From positions 372,001-436,000 of the forward strand of contig RSEE01000054.1 of NCBI GenBank assembly GCA_003971905.1: a stretch of DNA of 64,000 nucleotides. The letters are read 5' to 3'. The notes under the pieces were generated by a model. The model did not search any database. It was given only the letters and a program-made list of their open reading frames with translations, and was not told the DNA's origin. The stretch is from Moniliella sp. 'wahieum'. Its lineage: Eukaryota. The translations under genes and the position numbers were made by a program. Positions 24,458 to 36,962 of this stretch are shown piece after piece (positions within the stretch are counted from its first letter, which is position 1; each line of letters opens with the position of its first letter).

Positions 24458-26431
24458 TTTTTTAGTTTATAGTACGGATGGCACCATACTGCATCGGTCG
24501 CTGTTACCCTGTATGGCTGCCATACGTGTGGGCGGAAGCCGTTGTGCACACACCAATATGAGAGTTTCTTTACATATAAAAAGGGGTAAACGTTTAGGAC
24601 GTTTAGGGGCTTAGATGCAATTGGCAGAGAGACAGCGTAGCAGCAAGTCGGTATCGCTCCAATCTCGATAATTATATCTCATCTGCATTATTTTAGTCGC
24701 CACCAAGTCCAGACTCGCTGGTGGTGGAACCTTCACAACTGAACTACCAATCGGACGCGGAATGGGGTGGCGGCAATGGGGCTATAATAAAATGTATGGT
24801 GTTTCCATCAGGCCGGCACCAGGTGTGGCATGTGAGCGACGAACCATTTGAATAGCAGACGAGATCTTAGATCTTACTGCATAAAATCACTAGTGACTTC
24901 TGCACTTTTCCCCCCAGGTCTTACTGGTAGAATATATGGTGTTGTTTGCCGGTAGCCGCGCTTGTGCATCATTGACGAACTTTTGCTCATGTCATCATGT
25001 CATATGTCAGGCTCAGGCGCATCCCCGCTGAGACTCTTTTTCAGAGAAGGCTACTGTAGAACGATAGTGCGTTATCGTTTAGTACCGCTTGTGGTCGGTT
25101 CGACAAAATAGTTCGGACGGCCCAAAATCAAGAATAAGTGTTAGCCACAATAAGGCACGGTTCAAGAACCGAAGTAGTCATGATCCCTGTCATGTTCCCT
25201 GTCAACGGAGGTAGGTTCGGCAGGATCGCCCTTCTCCTGGTTTATGCTGTCTTTCGGTGCCTTGTTTGATGTCAAACGGACATGTACTTGTAATTCGGTT
25301 CAGGGAAATGCGACAGAAAATCGGCATACTGGCAATGGTTATAATGATTCGATGACGCGAATGAGGTATGGGTATAGAACAGAGCCATTCTACTATTATT
25401 TTTATTCAAGTTCTCTCGCTCTCGCTTCACATTTGCAGCAGTGCTCCAGCTCCATCTGAGCAACATCGAGACTCTCGTTCGGCACCGCTTCTCACTTGGG
25501 ACTCTTCGAGTCGTTCGGATACATCATTGTTGTCTCTCGATTCCAAACAGGGCATCATTGATGCATGGATATAGGAGGAGGACCACTGGGCCTACGGCCC
25601 GCCCAGCTTTTTGGTGCTTTGTCGCCACCTTAGCCACCGTTCCCCCTTCGCCACCGTAGCCACCGTTCCCCCGTCGCCAACACCGACATCGAAATAATAT
25701 CACGGATACTTGCTGGCTGCGGGTGGCGTGAAATGTGGTACATTCATTGCATGTTTTCCCCCTATTCACGGTATACTGCTGGCCATAGGCCATTCTTACG
25801 GCGTGTATAGTCGTATGTGTCTTTGGCTTTTCGATGCAAAGTGTGTATATCGAAATTGTTTTGCTTTCAGGTGTCCCCCACGACACGCTGAGCGGGGGGA
25901 GGCTCTGGCACATATGTAACCTCTTTCTATTTCGTGCAAACATATACGATTCGGACCTGTAGAGAGAGCCGGTCTGGTACACGGCACTGGGTATATACTC
26001 ACAGTGCCACTCAGTGTACACTGGTCCTGAAAAGCAACTTCCCGCTTCAACGTTCAACGTAAACGCGTTACGCGTTAACATTCAACCTGCAAAGGACCTT
26101 CCACGTACAAGCCGGGGTATCTGTGGCGCATGTGGGGGAAAGGAGGGGAGCGTGCACAGGTTACTAGTTACAAGCTGTTACATGTTACTGCTATCGTATA
26201 GTTTTGTGTGCGGACGCGTGTGACATGTGACATGCGACGCGTGTGATTGTGACGATCGGCGATGTGACCGACACCATGCATGATGCACTGACTCCACCGG
26301 TGACCGGAGAGAAGTTTATTAATGTGTAACGTTTAACCGGGTAAGCTTGAGCCAGGACGGCAACAGGCGGGAACCAGTATTTCGCAACGGGTAATGGTTA
26401 CCGGTTAAGCTTTAAGTAACACCCGTTTTCA

Positions 26432-26478
26432 GGTGGCTGGTGGCTGGTGGCTGGTGGCTGGTGGCTGGTGGCTGGTGG
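26432..26478. repeat. (GGTGGCT)x6+ 7-bp microsatellite
   Basis: Six full units plus GGTGG. Confidence 0.95.
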
Positions 26479-27759
26479 ACGTGGGCCACCCAGGAACAGG
26501 CTTGAAGCTTGAAGCTTCAATATTCAGTCCATCTACCTCCCTTTTGGGGGTGTTGGGATGGTCAATAGCCACCACGAGCAACCCATTGCCAGTGCCAAGA
26601 AGCTTCAAGCCTTCGAGCTTCGGCGGTGGAGACAGCTACGATACGCGATACACAGACACCCTGTGCCCGCCATGCGTGGGATGTATGACCTGTGTTTACA
26701 TATGTTCTTCTTCATTTTTGGCTGGCACAGGCCAGGGGCCCCATCACCACTTGAGACAAAACCACCCCTCCAAAACAAACATAGGGACCCCTATACTGTT
26801 CCTACCTGGTGCCTACAGGTGCCTGTAGTGCTGGAGCCGAGCAACTAACCGCGTACGGGTTGCACGTTGCCTGCGGGTCCGGGAGCCCTAGCCGTGTCTA
26901 TTGGAGTTCTGGGCTTGGCGGCGCTTTCCTCTGTGGACGGGTCCGCAGACCCTACTGCCCTACTGCAGTCACCGCGAAGGGCCACACCCTGCCACTCCAT
27001 GTAAAAGGACGAAAAACAACCACCCAGTTAACTATTGGCAACACAATGGACGTTACGTGTTCCTCTATGAAACAGGCTGTCATGCAGTCATGTATTCGAA
27101 CTCAAAGCTTAAGCGCTTGGGGCTTCAACGTGAACGTACGTGCCACAGAGAAGAAGTCTGTGGCATGCTCTGCGAGCGCTCACCCGCTCATCCGCTCAGC
27201 GCTGAGGCTCAGCGCTCATGCGCTCATGGGCCCAGCTTTGGAAACTTCAACCGCTTCAACACATCATACATCATGCGTCGTCATGCATCACCTAAACCAT
27301 TCAATATTCCACGTTCGACCTATGCTCTCCGTATCCATATCCATTCCCCTTCGCCTTAGGCCTTACGGATGCGCCGGTCCATCAGTGGCTGCTCCTAATA
27401 GTGATCAGCGTCTAGAAACAACAGTGGCACTTATCGAAATCATTAACCGATGTGAGTGACATCTATCCTATATCTTACCCCCATTGGCGCAGAGAAAACG
27501 TGAATGTGTATCGTCAGCGTGTCAGCGAACTTATGAGCGCAGGACCATCTGTGGCATCAAACTGGTTTAGCGGCGCCGGTAGCCCAAACCCGGATCCATT
27601 TCCGATGCATTCCTTCCAATATTCCGTCCAAGATGACAGGAATATTCTCTGGCCTCTGTAGCTCATACCTACAATGCAATGTACCATCAACTGCCTGCTC
27701 TCTGGTCTTCTCTACACCATCAATAACCAAATGCTGATGGGTGGCAAAAGAAGAAACGT

Positions 27760-28720
27760 CAGCGCGTCAGCGTCAAGCTTCAAGTCGATTCGCCCCAATA
27801 GTTACTAGGTATTCATAGTCGCTATAGTCAGTCACTAGTCACTAGTCACATCGGTCCCGCTGGTCACACTAGTCACTTCTTGATTAGACTAGTCGCTCGC
27901 TAGGATCTAGTCAGCACTCGTACGTACTCAGTACTCGATACTCAGTGAGGTACTCAGGTGCTCGAGAGTACTCAGGCCTCAGGCCTCAGGACTCAGGTAC
28001 TCAGCAACCAAGCTTCTTCAAGCTTCAAGCTTCAAGCTTTAAGCCCAAAACCACTAGGTTCTAGACTCTAGTCACTTAAGTTACTATTTACTAGTCATTT
28101 GCCAAAGCGACCAAACTCGATCTCGTCGATAGTCACTCTAGTCACTAGTCACTTGCTTGCAGTCACATGTCACAGCGACCTGTCTTCCATCTGGAGCGAG
28201 TGGATGGAGTCACAGTGGGGCTAGGCGGAACCCGCGGAGCCCCGGGTTAAATACCGATAAAACCACATCAACATAGGAAACGCGAGAAGTATAAGAAGCT
28301 GGGAGATAAATAGTAAGAGAAGTTGAGAATGTTGAGAGAAGCTGATGCGCTGATGTCGATGATGTCGATGATGGTCTATTGCAGTAACATGTAACAGTCA
28401 ATGTTCATGTTTTTAACGTGATAGCCTAACCGCTTGACGCTACAAAGCCTGCAGATGGTAGCCTCTGGTAGGCCGTCGTATAGGCTGGGGGGAGGGGGGG
28501 GGGGACTGATGCACTGATGAGACGCGGCGAGCTGCGCGGCGTATGCAAAACCAAGGCGCTATTAGCTACTACTTTCTAGTAGCTGTAGTTACTGATGGTT
28601 ACTAGTTGCTAGTGACCGGTGACCTTCTCTAACTTTTCACTAGTGAGACTGTGACATGTGTGACTAGTGACTGCATTATTAGCACGTTACGCGTTACGCG
28701 TTAGGCCTTAGGCCGGCCGG
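27760..28720. repeat. Cluster of TNA + palindrome heptamer arrays
   Basis: AGTCACT units 27830-27878 and 28131-28153; (CCTCAGG)x2 27977-27990; (CTTCAAG)x3 28016-28036; TTA CGCG TTA CGCG TTA GGCC TTA GGCC at 28687-28714. Confidence 0.9.
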
Positions 28721-30145
28721 CTGAGGTGTCTCCGAGCCCTGTCGGAAAATAGGCGGCATGGTTCCCGGTACGCTTAGACCCTTAGGCTTCAGGAAAGGCC
28801 TTAGGTATCTTGGCATAGAGAAACGCAGTGTCACATTGCCGCCGGCACGGCGTCACGCGCCACTGCGCCACCACCCAATACCCAGAAAAAGGTCGTCTTC
28901 TGGATGGCTTTTTTCAAGCTTTTGATGACCCTTGCCTCGGGGGTTCTGCGGTCACGCTCAAGGCTCACCGGTCGACAGTCATCCGCCACCAGTCACACGG
29001 TCACGGGCTACGCATCCTACATTGCATGTCACATTGTAGCAGATCCCAGACTAGTCGCGCCTATCCCACACCTCCATCATGTCACAGGGATCACATATGT
29101 TACACTCGGCGTCACATGCGTCACATGTCACAGCCATCCTGTCGTCACCACGTTACTATTTGCTAACTGCTTGCCCTGTCCATGTCACTATCACTAGTCA
29201 CTGTCACACTGTTGCACGAAGCTGCTGGTACGCTCGGTGGGCGGTGGTGCACTGGAAACTCGAGGGAACATAGTGAACATGGGAACGTACTCGAACGAAC
29301 CGTCGTGATGTTCTGCCTGGGCACAGCAGTGCGTCAGTGACCGAGCGATCCGCCTACCGCTGAGGCTCAGCGGTGATGCTCAACTCTCAATCTCACGCCT
29401 CCAACCTTCAAGCTGCAAGCTTCCCGGCCAACATTTCGCCCCAAGCGCACCCCTTTCGACATACTACGTAGCGGGAATACAAAGCCGTAAGCGGCAACAG
29501 GCAAGTACGGGTAAGGGGTACGCGCCACGCCCTGCACCGCAACGCCCCAGGCCGCTCAGTCTGAGCACTCAGTCAGTACCGGAAGTACTCGACCTGAGGC
29601 CTGTGGCCAAAGTGCTAACCGGTGCCACCATCCACAACACTCTCCCCTGCCCTGGCCGGCACACAACACACAATCCAGCACACGCCGCGCTGTCACCAAG
29701 TCACAAGTCACATGTGAGCCGGCGAGGCGCCTGAAGCTTGAAGGCAGGCCCACGTCCCTGCCCTCCCAGTCGCCCTACCTGACCACTCGGCACCACAGTA
29801 CCTCCTTCCTCGTTCCCACCACCACCACCACCTCCTCTCTTACTTCGCTCCTCGCTCCTCCACTCGACCCTACACTCCCGTTCGAATTGGCTCCCGCCAG
29901 CGATTGGCTACAGCAGAACGCAGCGGCACCTTATACACCCACCGCTGCCTTTCTCGCTCCCTTGTCACTCGTTGGGGTCTGCTCTTCGTCTCCCTTTCTT
30001 TCACTCTACCCTTGCCGCTGTTTCGACTCGTCTCGTCTCGTCCCTACCCGACCCGTCTCTTCTTCTCTCGTCCCGTCCCGGCCCGTTCCGTCCCTTCTTG
30101 TCTTATCTCGTACTTTCTTGTTTCCCATTTTTCATTTTGTTCGCG

Positions 30146-32473
30146 ATGACGTTTTCGACTTCTCCTGCTCTCGCCACTTCAACTCTTGGCATTACCCCCA
30201 TGGCACATCTCTGCAAGGTACCCCTCCCGTCTCTCCTCGGACTTCGCCCTCCCCAGACACGCCGGGCGAATCCAAGGTCTCCAAGTCGACCACTCGCTCC
30301 CCCTCGTCCTCTCGCAAGGCTCAATCTGCCGGCCAACGCAAGAGATCGTCTATCGGTGGGGCCACCGCGTCCGCCAACCAGGCACCTGCACAATGTGAGC
30401 AGGAAGACGATGACCTGTCCACTACCGTCTCCATGGCATGTACTTTTTGCCGCCAACGGTACGTTTCTCGTGTTTGGCTATTCATTGATTTTTTACAATC
30501 ACACCTACTAACCGTCTTTCTTAACCCTTTTCGTCATTGTAGCAAGATCAAATGCAACAGCGCCAAGCCGGTCTGCAGTGCTTGCCACAGCTATGGCCGC
30601 AAGTGCGTTTACCAGGCGGTTCACGGCTGAAGCCAACGCGGCATTGCGCCTTGCCAAGCGCACTCGTCGAGCCCGCCTGGCTGCCTCTTAATCCTGTGGC
30701 TCCGTCGCTGCAGTCGTGCTTGTTAGCCAAAAGGTTGTGGCTAACGTGACCACTCGGGTGCACCAGCACACAGCGCACTCAACCAGATTGACGAGTCGAT
30801 GCAGGTCTGGCCTTGTACTCAGACAATGGCGAATCGCTCTCGCATCTTCACCACGCCGTTCGCTCGCCCGACGATGGTGTGGTGAACCGTGCCTCCACCC
30901 CAGTCAACTTGGATGAACTTCTTACCGTCGATTCCGATGTGCAGCCGTCAAGTCGAGGTGAATATACCTCGCTTCACCCTATGTACGCGATTCCAGGCGA
31001 GGCCAGTGCCGCCACCCCGTTTGCTCCCAGAGCTCATCATCAAGCTCAGAGTTACTCCCACTCCGCTGCCCCATCTATTCCATGTGGTAAGCTAGAGGGA
31101 CCCGTAGTACCTCCCAACGAAATCCTCAGCTTGTCGGGGTACGTGCCTTCGGTCAACCTTGGCAAGCCGATGTGCCTCCTGTCCCGTTACCGTCTCCTCT
31201 CGATTCGAGGTCTCCAAGCAACATGGGTTCGGCCATGCCCACCTTTATGCCCGTGTGGCCCGATACGCCGAATGCGGTACCGTTTACGTCCTCCAAACAC
31301 CGTTTCCGGATCGCCATTGCCCATGCTGTTTACCCCGCAGCCCTCGATGGGACGGACGAAGGAGTGGGAGGGTACTGCTTCCGAGACATGGTGGAGTGCC
31401 CCCTGCCCTTCGCGTTCGTTGCCTTCCTCCTTCTCTGCTCTATCGGGACCGGGACCGGACTCCATGTTCTGCGACCCCAACAACGTGTTGCGCCAGAACC
31501 GGTCGTGGATGGCGAGCAACCTAGGTATGGCAAACTCCCCGCTGCGAATTCCTCGTCCGAGGGTGGCACGGAGACCTCTTCATCAGCGGTGGGAGCCAAT
31601 GGCAGCAAGTGACCCAGCTAGGCTCTTGTGTTGATCTTGACCTCTCCCTCCTGCCGGAGAAGATGGGGGAGGCCATGTCGACGTCCTCTGCTGCCCCCAT
31701 GCAAGGGCTGTCTCAAGCTTGGACCAACAGCCACCCGGGTTGGCAAGCTGGTGCAGGGTTTACCCTCCCGAACACGGAGGCTACGACGGAAACGGTTGCG
31801 ACGGAGATCAAGTCGAGGGAAGCGATGGAGTGGGACTTGTCCCGCACTCCTCCACTTTCTCCCTCGCTTTCTCCGTGGCCGTCGGAGGCAGGGACGGTTG
31901 ATCAATCGGTAAGCACTCGGCGGGAGCTGCGCCGGCCCGTGGTTGTCAATCCTCGCCTATACCATGTGATTGAGGTCATGAAGCAGATCCAAACCCCCGC
32001 GCAAGTGAGTCCGCTGGCTCGCCGCCGCCTAGCACGGCAAGCGCAGTCGACCGCTGCACACTGGACCGGTCCGAGCGTTGGTCCGGGTTCGAACGACGGA
32101 TCAAGTGTGCCAACCAAGACGGGCAGCACCTTGCTCGGCGATCCCAACCAACAGTCAGGCGCAGGGTTCTGTTGGAGTTGGACATGGCTGATTTGCTACC
32201 TAGCTCAACCCGTCTCAGTGGAGCACACCGTGCCTCGTTGAGCGTGGGCTGAGCTTTTGTCCCCTTTACTCCAACCACGGATGATCTGCTCACCCCCCCT
32301 CGCCTGAACGGCTGCCGGCTGGGTCAGATTATGCCCCCCCTCCCATACTGGGGCTCATGGAATCGTCCTGCATGCCCACACAGGAGGAGCTGCTTGTGTC
32401 GGAGTTTATGGTGGACGACCCCTTTGCCATGTCGCTTAATCTTGGTGATCAAGCTATGTCGGCGGGGGTATGA
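30146..32473 (+). CDS. Zn(II)2Cys6 fungal transcription factor
   Basis: After splicing intron 30459-30542: ACTFCRQRKIKCNSAKPVCSACHSYGRKCVY (C-x2-C-x6-C-x6-C-x2-C-x6-C). Ser/Pro-rich body and acidic end EELLVSEFMVDDPFAMSLNLGDQAMSAGV*. Confidence 0.85.
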
Positions 32474-33467
32474 TGTCCACAGGGCCTCCCGTGCCACAAC
32501 GTCTGTGGAAACGCGTTGGAGGTTTATCTTTTTTTTGTTCTTTTGTCACCCCTGTCACCATCTAACCAGCATCCTTGTTTGGGCTGGCCGATGTGGGTGC
32601 GGTGCTGATTGTCAGTTGTGATCCTATGACATGACTGTCTCTCCGGCATCCTTGCTTGCACCCTATCGTACTCTCCGCCCCATCACTTCCCCTAAACTGC
32701 TTTCTTTTATGTATGTCGACTCATATCATTCAAGTTTTTATGCTCCCATACGAGCTACACCCCTGCCTTTTTGCCCGTTCCCGTTCCCATTCCCTTCTCT
32801 CTCTGTTGGTTGCCCGGCTGGAAAGATGGAGTATTCGAAACACGAACATGCCCTCTTCCTGGAAGAAATTCGGCATGGCTCCATCCTTTCCTGGCCCCCT
32901 TGCTCTTGTCCCGCTTTATCCCCCTTATATGACGGCCTTTTGCTGTCCATGGTTGTGTCTATTGTTAACATCCTGTCGCTTTACTCTGCGCATAGTTGAC
33001 CCCTCCCCTCCCCCGCCCCGCACCTGTAGACCTATCAGGTCTGATGGAAACACTCGTACTAGTGCGGCCAACAAAGATATTTTGTCATCCTTTCCTAATA
33101 TTGCCGCACATGTGTCTTCATATCGTCTCATCGCGCCGTATAGGATCGATCCACGATCATTTTGACCGTCACTCTAGCCACTCCGACACGGAAACAATTC
33201 TCCTTGGTGCAGAGCAACAACAGCATGACGCATTGGGGGGAAACTGGTGGTGCTCAGTTGTAGTGACGGTAGTAACATCGCGTAGGTTGTGGGCCTATGG
33301 CGTGAACGTGGTCGAGCGCATGGCATAGCATGTGTATCTGCGGAGAGGACACTCTATGGCCTCAGCTGGAGCGATAGATGCAACTGCACCGTGTGCTACA
33401 AATGCATATATTAAGCCATCCGTGGGCAAGTGATCCAATGCGAAGCGCCAGGGACGAACGATAGGAT

Positions 33468-35102
33468 CTAGCTTATACCCCTGCTGCTTGGTCGCCAAAC
33501 AAGGCGCGCAAGTTCTTTTCCCTTCCTGCTGCCCGACGACCAGGCGATGGCGGCGCGCATACGCGCCTCGGGCGAGTCTGTCTGCCGCCGACCCATCCGA
33601 TGCGGTCTTGGGGAAGGAGGAGAGCGCAGGGTACAAGTCCAACGATGCTGGACCTTGGCGTCCCAGTACCTCCAAGGATGGCCGAGATTCGTCGTTTGCA
33701 GCTAGCATTGGCGCGAGACCAGCACAGAGAGGCGAACCACAGCCAGCGTTCCCTCCTTTAGAGCTGGAGAGCAAGCAAGTCCCGCCCTTGCGACTCGGTC
33801 CCAGGAGAGGGCCGACGCGCGTGTCCAGCGATAACGTACAGGTCTCCGCTACCACGGCAGCGTGGAGGATAGTTGGCCAAGGTCGAGGGTGGTCCCTCGT
33901 TGCTACCACTGAAGAGGGTGGACAGGAGGATTGAAGGGCGGTACTGGCCTCGAGACGGAGGAGAACGTGGGTAGCCTGCTTCGAACCGGGGGCGGCCAGG
34001 AGGCTAGTTGGACAATGGCGAGATGGCCGTCCCTGGATGGAGTTGCCTCCTCGCAGGGAGCGCTCCGTCTCGTCCCAGAGGGGGAGGCGGAGCACGCGGC
34101 CGGGAGCAGGCAGGACGTCGGTGCGGACGTACTTGGCCAGCAAAGCCGAGTCCAGCTCAATGTGGCCAGGAAGGCGTGGGCCGCAGATGCGGGCGCAGGG
34201 GAGGAGGCGGGGTAATTGGGCAGGTAGTCGCTTAGGCGAAGCGTGCTGCCGCCATCGGCAGAGAGCAGCGCCGACTTGCGCGCGCCCTCGGATGGGTACG
34301 GGACAACCAGCAACGCCCCAATGAAGGATGCGCGCCCAGCACGTAGTTTCTACGACCCATCCGGACCGTTGGGGCCCCCAGCGGGAGATGCGGATATGCT
34401 CGTCGCGGTCCGCAGTGATCACGAGTCGGGGGGACCGGGCCAGCGTACGTGGTTGATACGGGCAAAGGGGCAAATACAGCGTCGGTAAGCATCCCCACGG
34501 CCGATGCGGGGACTAAGAGCATCAGAGGGGTCAAAGAGCCCATGTCGGCCGTCCCGTTGGGGGTAGCTTGGTAGTGGGGAGAGGGGAGCCGGCCTTGGGA
34601 ACCGGGAAGGAACGTACACGCCATGCCGATCGCCCACCAGAAGGTGGAAGTCGCCCTTTGATGCCGCAGGCTCCAGAGGAAACGGCAGCGGCTTGGGCAG
34701 ATGGAGGGAGATGGCTTCTTTGCCATAGGCAAGAGGGATGCTTGTCGCAGGCTCGTGAAGGGAAGGTCAACGGCAGGTACCAGACGCGCAGCGTCTTGTC
34801 GTCTCCGGCTACAGCAAGCGCCGAGGCATCGGGGGAGAAGGATGCGATTCTAGGAAAAGACAGCTGTGCAGAATGGGCTGCGTCCACCTGTTTGCCCTGG
34901 GGCTGGGATGCAGGCGCAGTGTAGGAGAGCGAGCAAGGCAGATGGGCTACTTGCACCGCCTCGCCGGCCGTCGTGTCGAGGGGGACGGCCCAGAGCGCGA
35001 GCGAGGCCGCGGTAAGCAGCGCCAGGAAGCGGTAGCTGGATCCGGGGGCGCCAAGGGAGGCGCTGGCGGCGACGAGGGGACGGGGAGGCGGTCGGAAGCC
35101 AT
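33468..35102 (-). CDS. TRM82: WD40 non-catalytic subunit of tRNA m7G46 methyltransferase (Trm82/WDR4)
   Basis: FSPDASALAVAGDDKTLRVW, GDRHG, MLTDA, LVITADRDEHIRISRW. 3' end approximate. Confidence 0.85.
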
Positions 35103-35232
35103 GGCGGATGGGCCGGTGAGCGGTGCGGGAGGAAGGGGAGGGGTGGGGGCGGGCAGGCAAAATCACAGGCCGGCGGGGGCGAGATTCCGCGGGCAGAAAA
35201 TTGGATTCCGCGGTGAGACGCAGGGCTGCCTC

Positions 35233-35247
35233 TGAAAAAAAATTATT
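35233..35247. promoter_or_regulatory. RRPE-like element in the divergent TRM82/RRP14 promoter
   Basis: TGAAAAAAAATTATT resembles the yeast RRPE consensus TGAAAAWTTT; it lies between two ribosome-biogenesis-type genes. Confidence 0.35.
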
Positions 35248-35337
35248 GCCGCGGGGGCGCCTTTGCAGTTTCCTCTGCTCTCTCTGCCCTCTGTGCTGCC
35301 TGTCTGCTCTGCCGCCCAGCGCTCTCCCGCCCCCACC

Positions 35338-36962
35338 ATGCCTCCCAAGCGCGGAGCAGTGCCCCGCACGCCCAACCGACCGCCGCCAAGGCTGTGGAAG
35401 AGGCGGTGCCCCGGGATCCTTCGCCGGCCCCTTCCCTGACCGTGTGCTGGTCCGTGGCGAATGGCGTATCGAAGCAGGCCAAGCCAGACTCCCCAACGGG
35501 GGCGCCCTTGCAGCCAGTTAGTCCTCCCTGTCCTCCTCCTTCCCGCTCACAAGCAAAGGTAACTGACGCGTTCGCTTCGCCTAGCCTCCTCTCCCTCTGG
35601 CACCTGTTCCGGCCGTGGCCGAGGCCAAGGCACTGCCGTTGCTCTCGGCCAGCTTCTCCTCTTGTGGCTTTGATCCCCCCGCGGCTCTACTTGGTCCAAG
35701 ACGAGGAGGAGCACCTTTTGGTTGGCGATGGCCAGGCTTCTTCGCGCTTCCACAAGAACGTGCGTCCGGGCACGGCAAACAAGAAGGAGGCAGCCAAGGC
35801 GGCTCGGATGGCCAAGTTGAACCCGGCGAACCATGTGTCGGTAGAGGAGGTGGCTCTGGCCCGGGCCCAAGGCAACGACAGTTCGGAAGACGAGTACGAG
35901 GATGAGGAAGACAGCGATAACGAGTCTCTCCCCTTTGCTGTGGACGATGACGATGAGTCGGACATGGAGGACTTGAGCGGACGCAAGCGCAAGCGTTCCT
36001 CGGAAGAAGACGAGTCTGGGGACGAGGACGAGGTCCCGCCACCGAAGGGGCTGGCAACTTCGATTGGCGACCTGCGTTCTCGCCTGCAAGATCGGATTGT
36101 TGCGCTACGGAAAAAGAGGGGTGTGGACGAGACCAAAATTGAGTCGGAAGAAGTGTTGGCCGAGCGGAAGCGGAGGGGTGAAATGCGGGATCGCAGGCGG
36201 AGGGAGAGAAAGGAGGCGCGGCGTGCTGCCGCTACGGCGGCTGCTTCGTCCTCAACGTCGGCGCCGAGCTCCAGAAAGAACACAGATTCCCTTTTGCGTA
36301 CCAACAACTCTGAAGGTGGGGAGGAACGGAGCTCCTGCCTTGTTGGTGACTGAGCCCAAGTCGGCCGCTTCCCAGGCCAGGGAGGAGGCCGCCAAAAGGC
36401 TCGGGAAGCTTATGAGGTTGACACCTCAGCTACGGATGTGCAATTTGGGGGAGAAGTGGATGAGCGGGTGGCCAAGTTGGCCGAACGCCACAACCTGCCC
36501 CGAGACCCCAAGGCAGCGTTGGCGACGCTCCAGGCGCGGAAGGCCAAGGCTGAGCGCATGGCGAGAAGAAGCAAGCCAACACGGGGACAAGGCGGAGAAA
36601 AACTACGGCTGCAGACGCAGCGTGGGATAAGGCCACGCGGCCGCGGCGGGCGTGCGCGTGCGGGACAATGAGGCAATGCTTCAGCAGGCAGCAGCGAGGA
36701 AGGACCGGGCCAAGGCCAAGGGCAAGGCCGCATGGGCGGAGCGTACTCAATCAATGAAGGACGCCCAAGCGGCGCGCCAGGCTAAGCGAGGGGAAGAGAA
36801 CATTGCGCTCCGCCAAAAGTCGAAGAAGAGCCACAAGCCCCACCCGAAGGACACGCGCAAAACTTCTTCGTCCTCACGCCCGGCGCCGGGGGTAAGGCCA
36901 AGACCGCTCGTGGAGGGATGCAGAATAAGGCCCGGGGCAAGGGAAAGGGCGGACGGAAGTGA
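35338..36962 (+). CDS. RRP14: Ribosome biogenesis protein Rrp14/SURF6
   Basis: LVALIPPRLYL, KKEAAKAARMAKLNP, acidic tract, SIGDLRSRLQDRIVALRKKRG, LPRDPKAAL, VRDNEAMLQQAAARKDRAKAKGKAAWAER...EENIALR. Probable intron 35517-35584. Confidence 0.85.

Larger units (their letters stand above)
15170..30145. other. ~15 kb gene desert of lower GC with repeat/TE debris and heptamer arrays
   Basis: No recognisable intact protein. GC by eye near 50%, versus about 60-70% in flanking genes. Contains an LTR relic, a MITE-like insert and dense simple repeats. Confidence 0.75.

Noticed and set aside
26432..26478. Tandem E. coli Chi sites (GCTGGTGG)
   Set aside because: By-product of a GGTGGCT microsatellite in a fungal genome. 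It also does not fit the TNA + palindrome rule.
19090..29210. Heptamer arrays as a CRISPR array, engineered polylinker or restriction-site cassette (GGTNACC, CCTNAGG)
   Set aside because: No repeat-spacer structure and no cas genes. Units are degenerate, dispersed and present in native intergenic regions.
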